DNA of 64,000 nucleotides, taken from positions 224,001 through 288,000 of the forward strand of contig OZ242365.1 of the NCBI GenBank assembly GCA_965208905.1, given 5' to 3'. This DNA comes from Nitrosopumilaceae archaeon. Its GTDB lineage: Archaea > Thermoproteota > Nitrososphaeria > Nitrososphaerales > Nitrosopumilaceae. Below are positions 1-10,902 of the stretch, piece by piece. Numbering within the stretch: position 1 is the stretch's first letter; each line of letters opens with the position of its first letter. Under the pieces are notes generated by a model. It was given only the letters and a program-made list of their open reading frames with translations, was not told the origin of the DNA and ran no database searches. Made by a program: the position numbers and the translations under genes.

Positions 1-1030
1 TGGATGCATTAGTGGTTCAAAGAGTGATAGTATGACAGCCTCATCACAGGGCGCATCATATCTAATACACATTCACAAAAGCTGATTTGCGCAACATCTA
101 TTGCTCTGATTTATTGAGTAGGATACTCACGATACACCGTTGATTTATTATGTTTTGAGAATATTATAGGCTAGATATTTTTTGTCTGACAAATTACAGC
201 ATATGTATTACAGTTCGGATTTCATACTACAAGTGACATATCTAGTTATTCAGAGTACCAACTATATGTTAATCACGCATAAAATTTCTTATTAATAGAA
301 TAATTTCCAGTAGGGGTCATCTCAAAAACCATACAATGCATTAGATTTGAGGTACTCAAGTCTCGTCGTAGGAAACACAGTCATCAATGAATCCGGTCTA
401 AAGGGTGCGACATGTATCGTTATAATAATGATTGAACTCAAGAGTCGCTTGACAACAACCAAAGGGATTTTAGAAAAATTTGAAAATAGTGTCAATATCA
501 TATATCAAATTTTAAAAAAAACTTGAAATTAAAGACTGCAAAATAAGCTCCATACCATCTAGCAAATCATTCCTCCATCGTTCCTCACGGTATAATGGCC
601 AACTTTGCAAAATTAAGAGCGAAAATACAATACAGTCATACACAAGATCAAATGCGGGGAATATTTGAGCGACTTTTTATGACAGGTTTTTTACCCATTA
701 TGCACATCGCAAAGACCTGTAGATGCAACTGAAAAGATACTGGTAAAATCTTTGGAGGCCATACGTATAACATTCATCAATGATTTTTAGACAATAAATA
801 CGAAATAAATTCTACACCAAATTAAATTTCAGTACTTGGACAATAATTATATAATTTTATTGTAATTTTTGCCATAATTTAACCAGTGTTTTATATGGTA
901 TTAAAATTAGTATATTAAACCAAAATGTTGCGCAACAACATGCATTTGATCATACCAAAGACATAACATCAAAGATGTGTTATGGAATAGTCATTATGTT
1001 ATCTACTAGCTATTACAAGATTTGACATTC

Positions 1031-1912
1031 CTACAATAGTAGTTCAAGATGTGATAAAGACTCAATTGTATAGTCAGCTCCATTATATTGAAGAGCTCGC
1101 TCTCTTTGAGATGGGTCTATTGATGAGCCCCACACGCCCACAAACGTAACAGAGTCCACACGTTTGGCCATAATCAAGTCCTCCACAGAGTCACCGACAT
1201 ATATGCAGTTTTGTATCTTCATCTTTTGTATGGCCGACTTTAATGGTTCAGGATTAGGTTTTGCCAAAGCTCGGGGCTCATCCTCTAAAAACGAGGATGC
1301 CTGAACATCAAATATCTTCATGAATCCGCCTAATGTATATGATGCTGACTTGTAGCCACGGCCAGTCACCATACCTATTTTATCATGGAACCGCCGTACC
1401 AATACGTCAGATATTTTATCATCTATATAGAGCCGTTCTGTGTCAATCAATCCAGGTTCGCTAAATTTTGAAGGACGATTGAATATTGTTCTGTATAATG
1501 ATGGTCCATAAAATATCTGATCAAAGACCTCCTGAACCACACTATTACATCCAGGATATGCCAACTCATCTATCATATCATGTATGTTGTGTATCTCGTT
1601 GGCCCTCTGTTCTGTATCATGTATACCCTTGTTGTGCACGGATAACTTCATGGCAGTTTTGTATGGGTCAAGACCAGCTCGATGGCCAGCAACTATCGAT
1701 AATATTATAGAGTAAGTTAGGTCTATCTCGTTGTTGTATGCGCCCGTGTCCTTAAATGACTGTATTAGTGGTCCGATCTCAGGTTCAGATACAGGTATGC
1801 TAAAACTATACAAGATATTATGAGTCGTTAACGATATTGTCTTGTAGTATGAATTGGCCACATCAACCAATACACCATCGCAATCAAACACAATCCCATC
1901 AGCGGTTATCAT
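1031..1912 (-). CDS. HAD-superfamily hydrolase, probable histidinol-phosphatase by context
   Basis: DCDGVLVD motif I, KPNP and GDSVED motifs; overlaps the hisC stop in the his operon. Confidence 0.8.
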   Translation of the reverse strand: MITADGIVFDCDGVLVDVANSYYKTISLTTHNILYSFSIPVSEPEIGPLIQSFKDTGAYNNEIDLTYSIILSIVAGHRAGLDPYKTAMKLSVHNKGIHDTEQRANEIHNIHDMIDELAYPGCNSVVQEVFDQIFYGPSLYRTIFNRPSKFSEPGLIDTERLYIDDKISDVLVRRFHDKIGMVTGRGYKSASYTLGGFMKIFDVQASSFLEDEPRALAKPNPEPLKSAIQKMKIQNCIYVGDSVEDLIMAKRVDSVTFVGVWGSSIDPSQRERALQYNGADYTIESLSHLELLL

Positions 1913-2958
1913 TTCAACAAGTCTCTAACAGCCAGTAAAAATCGTGAGTTCATCTTGTGTGTTCCAACGCTCACTCGCAGGCAGCCGGCGGCATCTCCTA
2001 GTTGCCCGAGCACTCTAACATGTATTCCCTGCTCTGCCAAGGCTTTGTGTATACGACGATAAGAGCCACCAGCATCAAAGAGCACAAAGTTAGCATTAGA
2101 GTCGAATACCCTAAAGGCGCTAAACTCACGTAATGATTGCACAATACGGTCACGCTCTTCTCGGATCACATCCCAAGAGGCAGATATTTCATCACGTAGT
2201 TGTAGCGCCCGTATGGCACCGTCTATAGATACTATGGATAGTGGATAAGGATACTGTATCATGCGGCGGAACGCATCTGTAATATGTGTATCAGCGACCA
2301 TGTACCCCACCCGCAAACCTGCCAGACCAAACGATTTGGAGAGTGTGCGCACTACCATTAACTGAGGCATATCCAAGACCATCTTACTGGCTGAAAATAC
2401 TCCAAAGTCTGCATACGCCTCATCTAATATTATGGGCGTGTCACATGATTCAATCAATCTATGTAAATCGCCCGGAGGTATCTGATATCCAGTAGGATTG
2501 TTAGGCGAGTCCAGATATATCATGTCAACAGATGGAGCGTGCTGTATTATTGTATCCATGTCAAGGCTCATATCACTTCGACATTTTACACGTTTTAGTT
2601 GTATATTGTGTAGTTGGCACCGATCAACAAAGAAAGAGAATGTGGGGTCAGAGGCCAGTATTTTAGAGCCGGCCATCTTTGAGAGTATCATGTCTAGAAT
2701 TTGGTCCGAACCGTTGCCGACCGAGATATAATTCTCAGATATATTCAGATATTTAGATAGACTGGATATTAGCCTCTCGGTGCCATCCAACGGGTATATG
2801 CGTATGTCCGAGTTTATGTCGGCGGTTATCTTATCTTGTATATGTTGAGATATAGCAAGGTTCTCGTTGGAGTCCAACCGCAGACCACCATGTGTTGCTG
2901 GTTTTTCATATGATGATAGTTTAGAGAGTGCATCAAGTCGCTCACGGAATGTACTCAT
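1909..2958 (-). CDS. hisC: histidinol-phosphate aminotransferase
   Basis: LDSNEN, SPNNPTG, DEAY, RTLSKSFGLAGLRVGY PLP motifs. Confidence 0.95.
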   Translation of the reverse strand: MSTFRERLDALSKLSSYEKPATHGGLRLDSNENLAISQHIQDKITADINSDIRIYPLDGTERLISSLSKYLNISENYISVGNGSDQILDMILSKMAGSKILASDPTFSFFVDRCQLHNIQLKRVKCRSDMSLDMDTIIQHAPSVDMIYLDSPNNPTGYQIPPGDLHRLIESCDTPIILDEAYADFGVFSASKMVLDMPQLMVVRTLSKSFGLAGLRVGYMVADTHITDAFRRMIQYPYPLSIVSIDGAIRALQLRDEISASWDVIREERDRIVQSLREFSAFRVFDSNANFVLFDAGGSYRRIHKALAEQGIHVRVLGQLGDAAGCLRVSVGTHKMNSRFLLAVRDLLK

Positions 2959-4187
2959 TTTAAACGACCCCGCACTGCTTCATAGTGATTGTACAGTCCT
3001 TCAGAGTCTGTAATGTTTTGTATCTGCGGCGCAATCTTGCCAAGTCGTGTATTATCGGCTTGAGCTGTAACCTTCATCTTTACAAAGTCAAGTACGGACA
3101 ATGGTCCTCGAATCTGACCTTGCCTGTTGGTGGGGAGTATGTGGTTTGTTCCTAGCATGTAATCACTGGCCGCCGAGGGCGTGTCGGATCCCAATAGAAT
3201 TAAACCCGGAGACTGTATCTTGGAGGCATCTTGTTTAGGGTTTGTGGTCATTATCTGTAGATGTTCTGGGGAGAGCCTCTCTGCTAGTTGTGTAGCATCG
3301 TGTATTGTGTTGCACACGACGATAAAACCATTATTGTATAGGCTGTCCCGTACTATATCAGGACGCCGTATGGTTTGTAGTCGATACTCTATCTGTTCGG
3401 ATACGCGTTGAGCCATACTGTGCGAATCTGTCAATAAAAAGCAGAATGTATCCCGGCTGTGCTCTGCCTGAGATATCATATCAAGTGCTACAAAGTCCGG
3501 ACTTGCATTCGAGTCGGCAATTATACCCAGCTCGGTGGGGCCAGCATCCATATCAATCGATGTCACATCACAGACCAGTCGTTTTGCCTGAGACACTATA
3601 GAGCCGCCTGGTCCCACAATCTTGTGTACGGGCCGTATCGTCTCTGTGCCGTATGCCAGTGCAGCAATTGCTTGAGCCCCGCCGGTCTGGTATATCTTGT
3701 GCGCTCCACAGTAGTGAGCTGCCACTATGGTGGCCGCATCTATAGGAGGTGGGGAGACTGCAACTATATTTGGTACACCCGATACAGCGGCAGGCGTTAT
3801 TGACATTATGGCGGAGCTGGCATATCTAGCTTGGCCTCCGGGTATGTAGCAGCCCACACTTGGTATGGGACAGAACTGTCGTACCATATGGGATGCAGGT
3901 ATGCTGTTTAATGTGTCGTATAGTATACGTTCATTTTCACGCAATACATCAGCCATTGCTTGTATGGCTTCACGCGTAGCGTCAGGTATGGCATCATATG
4001 CAGCCTTTATCTCATCATCAGATACAAGTAGAGGTCCCGCATATCCGGTGAACTTTTTTTCGTATTCGTGTAATGCCTCATCACCGCGCTCTTTAATGTC
4101 GTGTATAATATTTTTTACTGTATCAGAGACTGTTATGGGGGGCCTGCCCAGCGCAGTAGTGTCGCTCAGCTCCAGTATACGAATCAA
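2955..4187 (-). CDS. hisD: histidinol dehydrogenase
   Basis: GCYIPGG, GGAQAIAALAYGT, AGPTE, SQAEH, PEHL, DYxxGTNHILPT. Confidence 0.95.
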   Translation of the reverse strand: MIRILELSDTTALGRPPITVSDTVKNIIHDIKERGDEALHEYEKKFTGYAGPLLVSDDEIKAAYDAIPDATREAIQAMADVLRENERILYDTLNSIPASHMVRQFCPIPSVGCYIPGGQARYASSAIMSITPAAVSGVPNIVAVSPPPIDAATIVAAHYCGAHKIYQTGGAQAIAALAYGTETIRPVHKIVGPGGSIVSQAKRLVCDVTSIDMDAGPTELGIIADSNASPDFVALDMISQAEHSRDTFCFLLTDSHSMAQRVSEQIEYRLQTIRRPDIVRDSLYNNGFIVVCNTIHDATQLAERLSPEHLQIMTTNPKQDASKIQSPGLILLGSDTPSAASDYMLGTNHILPTNRQGQIRGPLSVLDFVKMKVTAQADNTRLGKIAPQIQNITDSEGLYNHYEAVRGRLK

Positions 4188-5140
4188 TTTTCAATATCCA
4201 GTATCTGACGAGGTTCGTGGACTACCAATCCTTGTGCCAAACGAGAGAGCCGAGGTACTAGTTTGTGGTATTCGGCCTTGCGAATTATGGTATTTACGGC
4301 ATACCAGTTTGGATCGCTTAATGGACTTATGGTGGGCCGTTTGAGGGACGTAAGTTGTTCAAGAACCATACCCAGATTGCTCCTATGAACGTTAAAGTAG
4401 ATGTGTAAGTGCTTTCTGGCCTGAACGGCTCCCTGTAATAGCGATGTAATCTCGCGCATTATTTCACACTTTGCGGGATTGTTCAGTGTTTCTTTGTTGG
4501 ATATAAGGCGGGCGCTGGAATGCATTATGGTATCTACGATCTTTAGATTATTTTGGGTTAGTGTGGTACCTGTCTCAGTAACATCCACTATGGCATCCAC
4601 ATCTAGAGGCGGTTTTGCTTCGGTGGCACCAAATGAGAGATGAATCTGGACTGCTTTGTTGTCACCCCGACGGAGCCAAGGTGTTATAATCAACGGGTCC
4701 TGATCCCCAAAGGCATCCTTGTAGGCTCTTCGCTGTTTGATAAATGAGGAGGATGTGGTCAAGTATTCTGAGGATATACGAAGTGTGCGGTTGTTTGAGG
4801 CGTAATCTGCAATCAAGTCGTTTAATGAGTCAAATTTTAACGAGTTGTGAAATGCTGTTACCACCTTTATACGACCATACTCCAAGTCTGCAATCTCATC
4901 CACATTTGCAACTGTCTCTTGTATCCAGTCGCGACCAGTAATACCTACATCGTACAATCCTTCAGCCACTAAAGTTGGTATCTCTTGTGGACGCATCAAC
5001 TTTACTAAGATGTCTGGATCATCAAGATAAACATCATAACTGCGTTCTTTGCGCTTTACCTTTGCCCATGCCTCTCTTAGCAACTTGAATGTAGCCTCTT
5101 CAAGACTTCCTTTGGGTATTGCAAACCGAACCTGTGCCAT
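4184..5140 (-). CDS. hisG: ATP phosphoribosyltransferase (long form)
   Basis: AIPKGSL, RPQEIP, GATEAKP, DAIVDVTETGTTL. Confidence 0.95.
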   Translation of the reverse strand: MAQVRFAIPKGSLEEATFKLLREAWAKVKRKERSYDVYLDDPDILVKLMRPQEIPTLVAEGLYDVGITGRDWIQETVANVDEIADLEYGRIKVVTAFHNSLKFDSLNDLIADYASNNRTLRISSEYLTTSSSFIKQRRAYKDAFGDQDPLIITPWLRRGDNKAVQIHLSFGATEAKPPLDVDAIVDVTETGTTLTQNNLKIVDTIMHSSARLISNKETLNNPAKCEIMREITSLLQGAVQARKHLHIYFNVHRSNLGMVLEQLTSLKRPTISPLSDPNWYAVNTIIRKAEYHKLVPRLSRLAQGLVVHEPRQILDIEN

Positions 5141-5392
5141 TATCTATCTGTTTGAGTGTGGTTCTAATATATTATATTGGTTAGTTCTATGAGGTCAAAA
5201 CTTTTGGATGGTGTAAACTAGTAGTGTTTGGGTGTTGATATTATATCGTATAGTGTTAGTTTAGAAGTACATGGTGAGCAGGCACCACACAGTCTGAAAA
5301 TGAATTTGATGATACATCAAGATATACATCTGATAAATTTGAGAGATAGGACATGATAAAATATCTTTAAGGCGGTCAAGATAATACGTAAT

Positions 5393-5809
5393 ATGCCAGA
5401 TGAGAGGAATCGTGTAAAGGCGACAAAGGCAACTGCCAATGCACTCCTAAGTGACGTAAGGCAGTACATGGACGATAATGGATATCTTTCATGGTCAGAG
5501 AGGGATAAAAAGTACATACTATTAGGTACAAACTCGCCCAAAAGTGGATTGGTGGACTGTCCAGAGTGCACCATAGGGAGAATCATAATGATACGCTCCA
5601 AATCCACTGGTAAGCGATTTTTGGGGTGTACAAACTATGCTAATGGCTGTACTGCATCATCCCCTCTTCTGCAAAAGGCGCGGCTTCGGGTCACAAAGAC
5701 CCCCTGCGACATATGCAGGTGGCCCATTGTGATATTTCGATATTCTAGAAATCAAAAATGGTCCCGACAGTGCTCTAATATCAACTGCGAATCGCATAAA
5801 GTCACTTAG
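5393..5809 (+). CDS. topoisomerase-type C4 zinc-finger protein
   Basis: CPEC...FLGCTNY..C and CDIC...CSNINC zinc ribbons. Confidence 0.8.
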   Translation: MPDERNRVKATKATANALLSDVRQYMDDNGYLSWSERDKKYILLGTNSPKSGLVDCPECTIGRIIMIRSKSTGKRFLGCTNYANGCTASSPLLQKARLRVTKTPCDICRWPIVIFRYSRNQKWSRQCSNINCESHKVT

Positions 5810-6620
5810 GTATATCCTTCAATTCAGGGTATATGTCCAAACGCCTATTCTTAAGGAGTGGTAGTTTCTCTCTTGTACTATCCACAACAGATGTGTTGAT
5901 GTCTACATATGCAATATCCTCCTCATCGCCCAGCTCGAATATTATGTCTCCAAAGGGATCTATAGCCATACTATGTCCGCAGTAGATATTCTTCGTATGG
6001 GCCGGCGCTATAACATAGCAGCCGTTCTCTATGGCTCGGGCACGATTCATTATAAGCCAGTGATCTTTCTTGCGATATCCGCGTACCCATGCCGATGGTG
6101 CAATTAGAACCTGTGAGCCGGCATCAGTTAGGGCCCTGGACACCTCAGGAAAGCGCAAGTCGTAGCATATCAGTACTCCGACCATTCCAGCAGATGTCTG
6201 TATTGGTAATGATATGGCATCACCCTGTACAAGTTTGTCCGACTCTGTAAATCCCAAGGCATCATACAGGTGTGTCTTTCTGTATGTAGATGTGATCTCG
6301 CCAGAGTTGTTAATTATAAAGGCAGTGTCATAGACGCGTTCTGGTACAGGGCTGGTCTCGTAAAATGTTCCCACCACCTCAATTTGGTTATCTTTAGCAG
6401 CTTGACATATTGATGTGACAAACGGTCCTGTTATATCCTCAGAGTCATCGGCAAGCTGTGCCGGGGTCATGTCGGATGGAGTGTGAAACATCATAAATTC
6501 AGGAAAGGTGCACATATGAGCCCCTTCTTCAGCTGTTTGGCGAATATACTCTAGTATTCGGTCTTGATTTACATCCTTATCTATGGATGCCTTCATTTGG
6601 ACTACAGCTATTTTGGCCAT
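5802..6620 (-). CDS. carbon-nitrogen hydrolase (nitrilase/Nit family)
   Basis: FPE, YRKTHLYD, ICYDLRFPE triad motifs, RARAIEN. Confidence 0.9.
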   Translation of the reverse strand: MAKIAVVQMKASIDKDVNQDRILEYIRQTAEEGAHMCTFPEFMMFHTPSDMTPAQLADDSEDITGPFVTSICQAAKDNQIEVVGTFYETSPVPERVYDTAFIINNSGEITSTYRKTHLYDALGFTESDKLVQGDAISLPIQTSAGMVGVLICYDLRFPEVSRALTDAGSQVLIAPSAWVRGYRKKDHWLIMNRARAIENGCYVIAPAHTKNIYCGHSMAIDPFGDIIFELGDEEDIAYVDINTSVVDSTREKLPLLKNRRLDIYPELKDIPK

Positions 6621-6656
6621 CTTAAAACATACAGTATAAGTCAAAAATAAAAGAGT

Positions 6657-6833
6657 TTAAAGTGGTTTGCCGGCATGAAACCAGTTCTCTGAGGGATTCT
6701 CTTCAAACACGACTATTACATGGTTTGCTTTGGCTCCAAGAATCTCGGTGGCGGCCTTTGTTATTGTGCGGGCGAACTCACTCTTTTGTTCTGCACTCCT
6801 ACCTGGATACATTGATATCTTTATCAAGGGCAT
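6657..6833 (-). CDS. 4-oxalocrotonate tautomerase family protein
   Basis: N-terminal (M)PLI catalytic Pro, GRSAEQK, ~58 aa. Confidence 0.85.
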   Translation of the reverse strand: MPLIKISMYPGRSAEQKSEFARTITKAATEILGAKANHVIVVFEENPSENWFHAGKPL

Positions 6834-6865
6834 ACTTTTGCACCACACAATACACAATAAAATGA

Positions 6866-7675
6866 TTATCTATAGTCGTCAGGCCTGTACCCATAGCGGG
6901 TCCCGTATGTGGGCTCCCTATAGAACATCTTTTTGTAGAGATATCCAACAGCCAGCCCCACAACAAATCCTCCAATGTGGGCCAAATATGCTACACCACC
7001 ACCGGCCACACCAAATCCACTCACAAAGAACGGTAATAAATTCTGAAATACAAGCCAGAATGGCAAAAACCATCTTGCCTGTATGTGCATCATACGCCAA
7101 AAGAAGAAGAGCATCAGTACTGTCAGTATACGGGCGCGGGGAAACAGTACAAGATATGCACCCAGAATTCCAGATACTGCACCTGATGCGCCCACTGCTG
7201 GAATAACACTGGAGAAGTCGCCTGCTACATGTGCAAGTCCGGCCAACACGCCCCAAGCCAGATATATTCCCAGATACTTGAATCTACCAAATCTGTACTC
7301 TATATTATCGCCAAATATCCACAAAAATAGCATATTTCCACCCAAATGTAGTATGCCACCATGCAGAAATGTCGATGATACCAGTGTGAATAATGGATTG
7401 TTTGGACACTCTACGCTGAACGGCCCACTCCCAAAGTTCAATGTTAGAGTGTCGGCCCCCATTATACACTGTGGTACTGCCCCCCATTCGTAGAATAGTT
7501 GGAGGGCACGTCCATTGGTAAAGTCTATGAACTGCCCTGTCACAATAATCTCAAATATGAATGCCCCCACATTGACTGCAATGAGCATATATGTCATGTA
7601 TGGCTTCCATCTTCCCCGAGTCTGCCTCTCATGTTCGTCCAGATAGGAATTATCATCTTTTATTGGTAGTAGCAT
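6866..7675 (-). CDS. rhomboid intramembrane serine protease
   Basis: FLHGGILHLGGNM, GASGAVSG, AHIGGF. Confidence 0.93.
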   Translation of the reverse strand: MLLPIKDDNSYLDEHERQTRGRWKPYMTYMLIAVNVGAFIFEIIVTGQFIDFTNGRALQLFYEWGAVPQCIMGADTLTLNFGSGPFSVECPNNPLFTLVSSTFLHGGILHLGGNMLFLWIFGDNIEYRFGRFKYLGIYLAWGVLAGLAHVAGDFSSVIPAVGASGAVSGILGAYLVLFPRARILTVLMLFFFWRMMHIQARWFLPFWLVFQNLLPFFVSGFGVAGGGVAYLAHIGGFVVGLAVGYLYKKMFYREPTYGTRYGYRPDDYR

Positions 7676-7718
7676 GCATTGTAGTATATGCCGAAATTGT
7701 TTAAATATTACTGAAAGT

Positions 7719-8114
7719 TGTTCTTGTGCAAATTCGGGCGTTATCTGGATTATGCAGTTTCAGAGCCCGTGTCTTTGACCAGGATGGCCGGATTTTGTCC
7801 GGTTGGACGATCTTGAACAGTATCTGGCAGTGGTGGTTTTAGTCGTACCGCTGGTTCGCATGAAAGACGGACGATAGACGCTGTCGTCTCATCTCGCCCG
7901 GCATGTACGGCAACATGGTCACATCGTTGATGCTGCTCTGGACGATCTCTGACTCCAGTATGGTCCCCGGCCGCTCTTCTCTTGGCGCGGACACGGGTGC
8001 CCCCGCACCAAATTTGTCACGATGTAAATCATAAATGATGTCTTGTTGCTGTGTCTCAGGTGGTAGTATATCCAATAGTCCGGTCGTCTATTCATTGCCG
8101 AGTGTGGGGGATCA
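7719..8114. mobile_element. possible degenerate TIR-element relic
   Basis: GC-richer intergenic stretch beginning TGTTCTTGTGCAAATTCGGGCG, similar to the element-1 TIR GGTTCCTCCCGCAAAGTCGGG(T/C)G; only broken ORFs inside. Confidence 0.35.
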
Positions 8115-8131
8115 GCGATCAAAAGATACAT

Positions 8132-9349
8132 CTACTCGGGGATGACAACTATGATGCCCAACTCGATCATGTATGAGATGGACTTTAGAAATTCATCATC
8201 AGAGATTGTACCGTCCGCATACCATAGGGCCAGTGGGACCAACCAGCGGGGTAGGTAGGGCTCACCTTTGTATCCAGTAGAGATCATATCAAGATCAGAC
8301 AGTAGAAAGAGATCATCTAATATATCATCTTTAGACTCATCCAAAGCCCACTGCTCTGCATCATATCTTAGATATTCAGGTACAAGTGGTTCTAGTGTAG
8401 GGCCAGGAACGAACCCCCGTATAGTTATGACATCTTGAGATAGTTTTCGTATATCAAAAGCCAGATGCCACATCCCCAGCTCATCCACACTCTGTACAAA
8501 GTCTATCTCTGCTCCGTTTCTATACACCTGAAAAGTCTCCTGTCTAGTCACTGGAGGTATCTCAATGTTGGCAAATGTCTCAAACGTATAGCTGTTAGTA
8601 GTCTGTAATGTCAGTGTGGTGCCGTTCTCGGTAAATTCAGGCCTGTAAATCCATGCGCCAGACTCGTATCGAAGATTGTACGTCATATCGCCTCGCTGAG
8701 CCTTTATTGGGTATGTGGAGCGAGAGCTGGGAGCAAAGCAGCTATAATATGTTACATCATCAGATACAGCAGGGTCTGGATGCATTACAAATCTTCCCAT
8801 TTGGCCTGGGTCTAATGGTCCTATCTCATGTAGACTCTGAGAGACATCCAAGGCTCCATCCATACCATGAACAACAGCCCATATTGTAATGTCTTGTACT
8901 GTGTAATTACCATCATTGATTACAAATCCAGAGAGGGTCCCATTTGTGTGCAGTACAAGTGTCTCATCATATATGACTGATACCCGGGGTGCATAGCCAG
9001 TAGTGTTATAATATTCAACTTGTGGGTCCAACAGTACCAAATTATCATATGGTTGAGGTATCTGTGGCATCTTTACCTTGAATGGCAACTCGGAATTGGC
9101 AGGCAAAAAGTCATGGCGTATGGTGACTGTATATATGATATCACCATCAGTTGCTGAAATTGTAACGGTTGTGGATATGTCTACAGGTTCCGTATTCTTG
9201 ACATTTCCAATTATGGTGTACATGCCGTTGGTATCTACATACGAAAGATATTCGTTGTTCGGGACATAGACTTCGGCTGTGGCACTCAGTGTACCCACAA
9301 GTATTATCATACATGATAGTGGAACAGTTGTATATCTAGTCAAGATCAA
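8132..9349 (-). CDS. secreted thaumarchaeal surface protein with C-terminal W-rich domain
   Basis: N-terminal signal peptide; C-terminal WYADGTISDDEFLKSISYMI motif. Confidence 0.7.
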   Translation of the reverse strand: MILTRYTTVPLSCMIILVGTLSATAEVYVPNNEYLSYVDTNGMYTIIGNVKNTEPVDISTTVTISATDGDIIYTVTIRHDFLPANSELPFKVKMPQIPQPYDNLVLLDPQVEYYNTTGYAPRVSVIYDETLVLHTNGTLSGFVINDGNYTVQDITIWAVVHGMDGALDVSQSLHEIGPLDPGQMGRFVMHPDPAVSDDVTYYSCFAPSSRSTYPIKAQRGDMTYNLRYESGAWIYRPEFTENGTTLTLQTTNSYTFETFANIEIPPVTRQETFQVYRNGAEIDFVQSVDELGMWHLAFDIRKLSQDVITIRGFVPGPTLEPLVPEYLRYDAEQWALDESKDDILDDLFLLSDLDMISTGYKGEPYLPRWLVPLALWYADGTISDDEFLKSISYMIELGIIVVIPE

Positions 9350-10865
9350 CAGGTATCACGCCCTTCTCCACCAAAAACGCAACACTGGCCAAAAACTCGG
9401 CATCGCTGACCAGTCCATCTACCCACCATTGAGCCGTGCTTCGGACCCATGACTCTATATCACCGCCTGTATCAGATGAGACCGCATCAACCTGTATTAC
9501 ATCATTCTTAATTAAAAAGGCCATAGCCTGTACAAACGAATCATCATCTATATCACCTTCTGCCCACCACTGAACTGTATTACGGATCCAATCTGGTATC
9601 AAATCCATATTACCATTTGATGCGGTATTGAATACTATTGGTAGTGCTGCTGCCGCCAACTCGTTATCATCCACATTACTAAACTGTAAGAGGGCAGGTC
9701 CCTGTATATCCGAGGGCACATCAAATACAATACTTACAGGTTTATTCTCATCGGATACGCCACTCCCCGAGTACAGTATAACATCATCATCATATACTAC
9801 TTGTACATCGTATGGTACTGATACCACCAAGCTGCTGGGAAAGACGTGTGTTATGTTAAATGATGCTGTGTTTGATTGTCCCGATACAGGTCCGTCCGGT
9901 TCTAAATCGATTAGTATGCGGTACTGGCCATTGGTGGTCACCGAACTGTACACAGAGTCCAAAGACGGTTTGGCAGTGACTCTCATTACATCGATATCAT
10001 CGGTCTGCTCGTATAATCTAAACAGTTCACCCTGAGGTAGTACTAAATGCACTATCCTATAGTCCAAAAAGTAGTCATCTATAGTCACTATTCTAGGAGG
10101 CAAGTCAAGTCCGTTTATTTGAACATCAAAATCAGAGACCAAAAGTTCCCCAAAGGTTATGGGCACAGCAAACTCTACATGTACCACATCTATCTGATTT
10201 AATATATCCTCATCCCATTCAAAGGGCATCTCAAATGAGACGGTTCGCTGTGTGTCATCATATCTTATGTTATGTAATACATCATAGTACGTGACAAATC
10301 TCATGGTTTGTTCATTCCAGTATTGATCGTCTATCGTATGAAGAAACGTCATGGGTACAGTGACGGCGGAGTTAAACTGTAATGGTTCAGGTGGCGCATA
10401 TCCCTGAGATGACAGTATGGAGACATCCAGAGAATATAGGCCGCCATCAGCCAAAGCGGGCCCAGACATCATATACGTTACATCGCTTAAAATTCCAAAG
10501 AAGCCGCCAGAACTACGCTCATACAGTACGCCATCACCAGAGTCATCAGAGGTAAATTGTAGTTTTACGACACCATTATTTGCTTGAAACTCTTGCGCAA
10601 AGAGTTGGGTCTGTCCGCGTCGGGCATCGATGTATAATATAGTATCCCCTATAGGCTCTCTATTGTCATCGCGAATGAATGATACGGATACCAGAACTTC
10701 AGACTCTGTCTTTTCAGAGTCGACCATTACAGTGACTAGTTGATTGTTCATCAGTATGGGCGGTAACACCTCAGTACCAGTACCGTGTCCATGCGCCATA
10801 AAGTTTGGTGTCATAATGACGCATAATGCCATTATCATACATGGTATCCATATAGTCTTACACAT
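9336..10865 (-). CDS. secreted thaumarchaeal surface protein ('peptidase'-annotated type) with tandem IPxW..WW..G.I.D..F domains
   Basis: Signal peptide ending AHG; IPDWIRNTVQWWAEGDIDDDSF and a second repeat at the C-terminus. Confidence 0.75.
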   Translation of the reverse strand: MCKTIWIPCMIMALCVIMTPNFMAHGHGTGTEVLPPILMNNQLVTVMVDSEKTESEVLVSVSFIRDDNREPIGDTILYIDARRGQTQLFAQEFQANNGVVKLQFTSDDSGDGVLYERSSGGFFGILSDVTYMMSGPALADGGLYSLDVSILSSQGYAPPEPLQFNSAVTVPMTFLHTIDDQYWNEQTMRFVTYYDVLHNIRYDDTQRTVSFEMPFEWDEDILNQIDVVHVEFAVPITFGELLVSDFDVQINGLDLPPRIVTIDDYFLDYRIVHLVLPQGELFRLYEQTDDIDVMRVTAKPSLDSVYSSVTTNGQYRILIDLEPDGPVSGQSNTASFNITHVFPSSLVVSVPYDVQVVYDDDVILYSGSGVSDENKPVSIVFDVPSDIQGPALLQFSNVDDNELAAAALPIVFNTASNGNMDLIPDWIRNTVQWWAEGDIDDDSFVQAMAFLIKNDVIQVDAVSSDTGGDIESWVRSTAQWWVDGLVSDAEFLASVAFLVEKGVIPVDLD

Positions 10866-10902
10866 ACTGTATATTAACAAATCAAATGCTGATAAAAATC
10901 TC

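Noticed and set aside
962-980. ATCAAAGATGT matching the element-1 flank as a possible guide target
   Set aside because: An 11-nt AT-rich match is too short to distinguish from chance.
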